Assembly (NCBI GenBank): GCA_002269645.1
Contig: NIVC01003757.1
Location: 14,418 to 78,417 of the forward strand
Source: Macrostomum lignano
Taxonomy: Eukaryota
Direction of reading: 5' to 3'
DNA: 64,000 nucleotides
A model generated the notes under the pieces. The model had not been told where the DNA came from. It was given only the letters and a program-made list of their open reading frames with translations, and made no database searches. Below are positions 62,610-64,000 of the stretch, piece after piece. The position numbers and the translations under genes were made by a program. Numbering within the stretch: the first letter of the stretch is position 1; each line of letters begins with the position of its first letter.

Positions 62610-63545
62610 CACTGCTGGCATGGGTGGTCAGCGGAGCACCCGCTAGTGGAAAACAGCTGAGCTGAGTCCAGCCTTAAGCCTAGCTGCAGACTGAGGGGGT
62701 AATTAAAATAGTGGAACCGGATGCCCAGGGCATTGCGCAGGAGGTGGCGATGGCGGGCCTCCAGGCTTGCCTCACGATCGTGCAGAGCAGTCATACAGCC
62801 TCCAGCCGTAGGTCAGCACCGGCCGTCTCAACTGCCAAATCGGAATAGGCCGCGACCTTCATTCAGGCTGTCGTGGCGAGCCGGCAGTTAAAGATGGAGC
62901 GAAGATGGGAGGCCACCTTCTGGTGGGAGGTAACCAGCTGATTGCGGTTGTTGACAATATGGCACCCGGATCAGTGACCAGGATGCCCAAGATATTTAAC
63001 CTGCATAGTTAATTACACGGGGCGATAGTGTTTCCGTCCATGTAGAAGCAGAAGCAGGAGGAAAGGTGGCAATGAAGGCAGCGTACATGTACCTCCCAGC
63101 TGTCTTGCCGTAGCTGATGTGGAGCCCCACGCGCTTCCCCTCGTCAGCCAGCCTTTTCTCCGACGCTTTTTGCAGCTCTGCGCAGCTTCGGGGTTGCAGC
63201 AGGTAAGCGCAATGTCGTCGGCGTACATGTAGCTAGGCAGAGGTCAGCTTTTACAAGCTGGAAAGCGGGAGCTAGCTACCGCAGGCACACTTCCTAGCCA
63301 TCTCTATGAAGTGGCTATCATAGCCACAGCGCCAGCAGCATGACGTAGTACATAGTATACAATTCAACAATTCAAATGTAGGGCCCATAGTAGAGTGAGT
63401 CTTGACAAAAGCCTTGGACTGGTTGTAGAGGTTCAAGATCCCCAGAACCAGCAGCTAATTCCATGCGACCATGCTGCTGGAGGAGCCAGGCAATGGCGGC
63501 TCGACTGACGGAGTCAAAAGCTTGTAGACAGCAGAACAAGTCGCT
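62610..63545 (-). mobile_element. Decayed non-LTR retrotransposon (LINE) reverse transcriptase fragment
   Basis: Minus-strand remnants of RT motifs: AFDSVSRAAIAWLLQQHG (~63520-63460), LVLGILNLYNQSKAFV, MYADDIAL (63228) and a C-terminal LEARHRHLLRNALGI segment. These are interrupted by frameshifts and stops. Confidence 0.8.
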
Positions 63546-64000
63546 GCGATCCGCGGTGCTACCTTTCTAATGCTTCCATAATTAAATTATGTAGCTTAAA
63601 TATGCATTAATATTAGTGCTGTAATATGCTTTAAAATTTTATGCGTACCAGAGTGATGGGAGCTTTAAATGCTGAAAAAAACAAAAAAGTCTGAATTTTA
63701 GTTTAAATGAGTCTTAAAAATTAAATGTGAGTATTCCCCGAAATAACCTCCCATGTCACTATTGTACTATGTATACCATATCCCATCCCCGGTATCTGTC
63801 AATAAAAAGTCATTAATTACATGTATAACAGTTCCCACATGCCAGACTAAACCGTGATCTCGATAATTGTTTTTTTATTTTTGATAATTGATTTAAGAAT
63901 AAGGTTTTTATTGTAACAACTAGTAAATTAGATTAAAACTACAAACCTAGTAATAGTAAAACTGTTTTGTTTCAATTCAATTTCAACCAGTTGTTAGAGT

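Overview
Eukaryotic (metazoan) genomic DNA. GC-rich spliced exons sit among about 24 different short-unit tandem arrays, tRNA-SINEs and MITEs. This architecture suggests the flatworm Macrostomum lignano or a similar genome (inference only; no search was run). I reconstructed seven multi-exon genes by hand from splice sites and reading frame: a CG11883-type 5'-nucleotidase (+), a PKA-catalytic-subunit-like probable pseudokinase (-), a secreted PAN/apple + C-type lectin protein (-), a small CAP-Gly protein (-), TMED2/p24beta (-), DRC10/IQCD (+, with a 1-nt frameshift) and an annexin (-). There is also a PRDM1/Blimp-1-like exon whose gene runs off the left edge, and a decayed non-LTR reverse-transcriptase relic at the right end. 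Most long ORFs in the supplied track are artefacts of stop-free satellites. The most unusual signals are: (i) two independent fragments of the same 28S rRNA helix-69 / R2-target segment, both intronic and antisense to their host genes, one with all CpGs lost and an indel at the R2/I-PpoI site; (ii) the PKA-like pseudokinase; (iii) a CpG-depleted island in TMED2 intron 1; (iv) back-to-back foldback elements next to the CAP-Gly stop codon; (v) minisatellites growing inside MITEs/SINEs or built from TF-site or telomeric motifs. I cannot establish a new biological system from sequence alone; these are leads.
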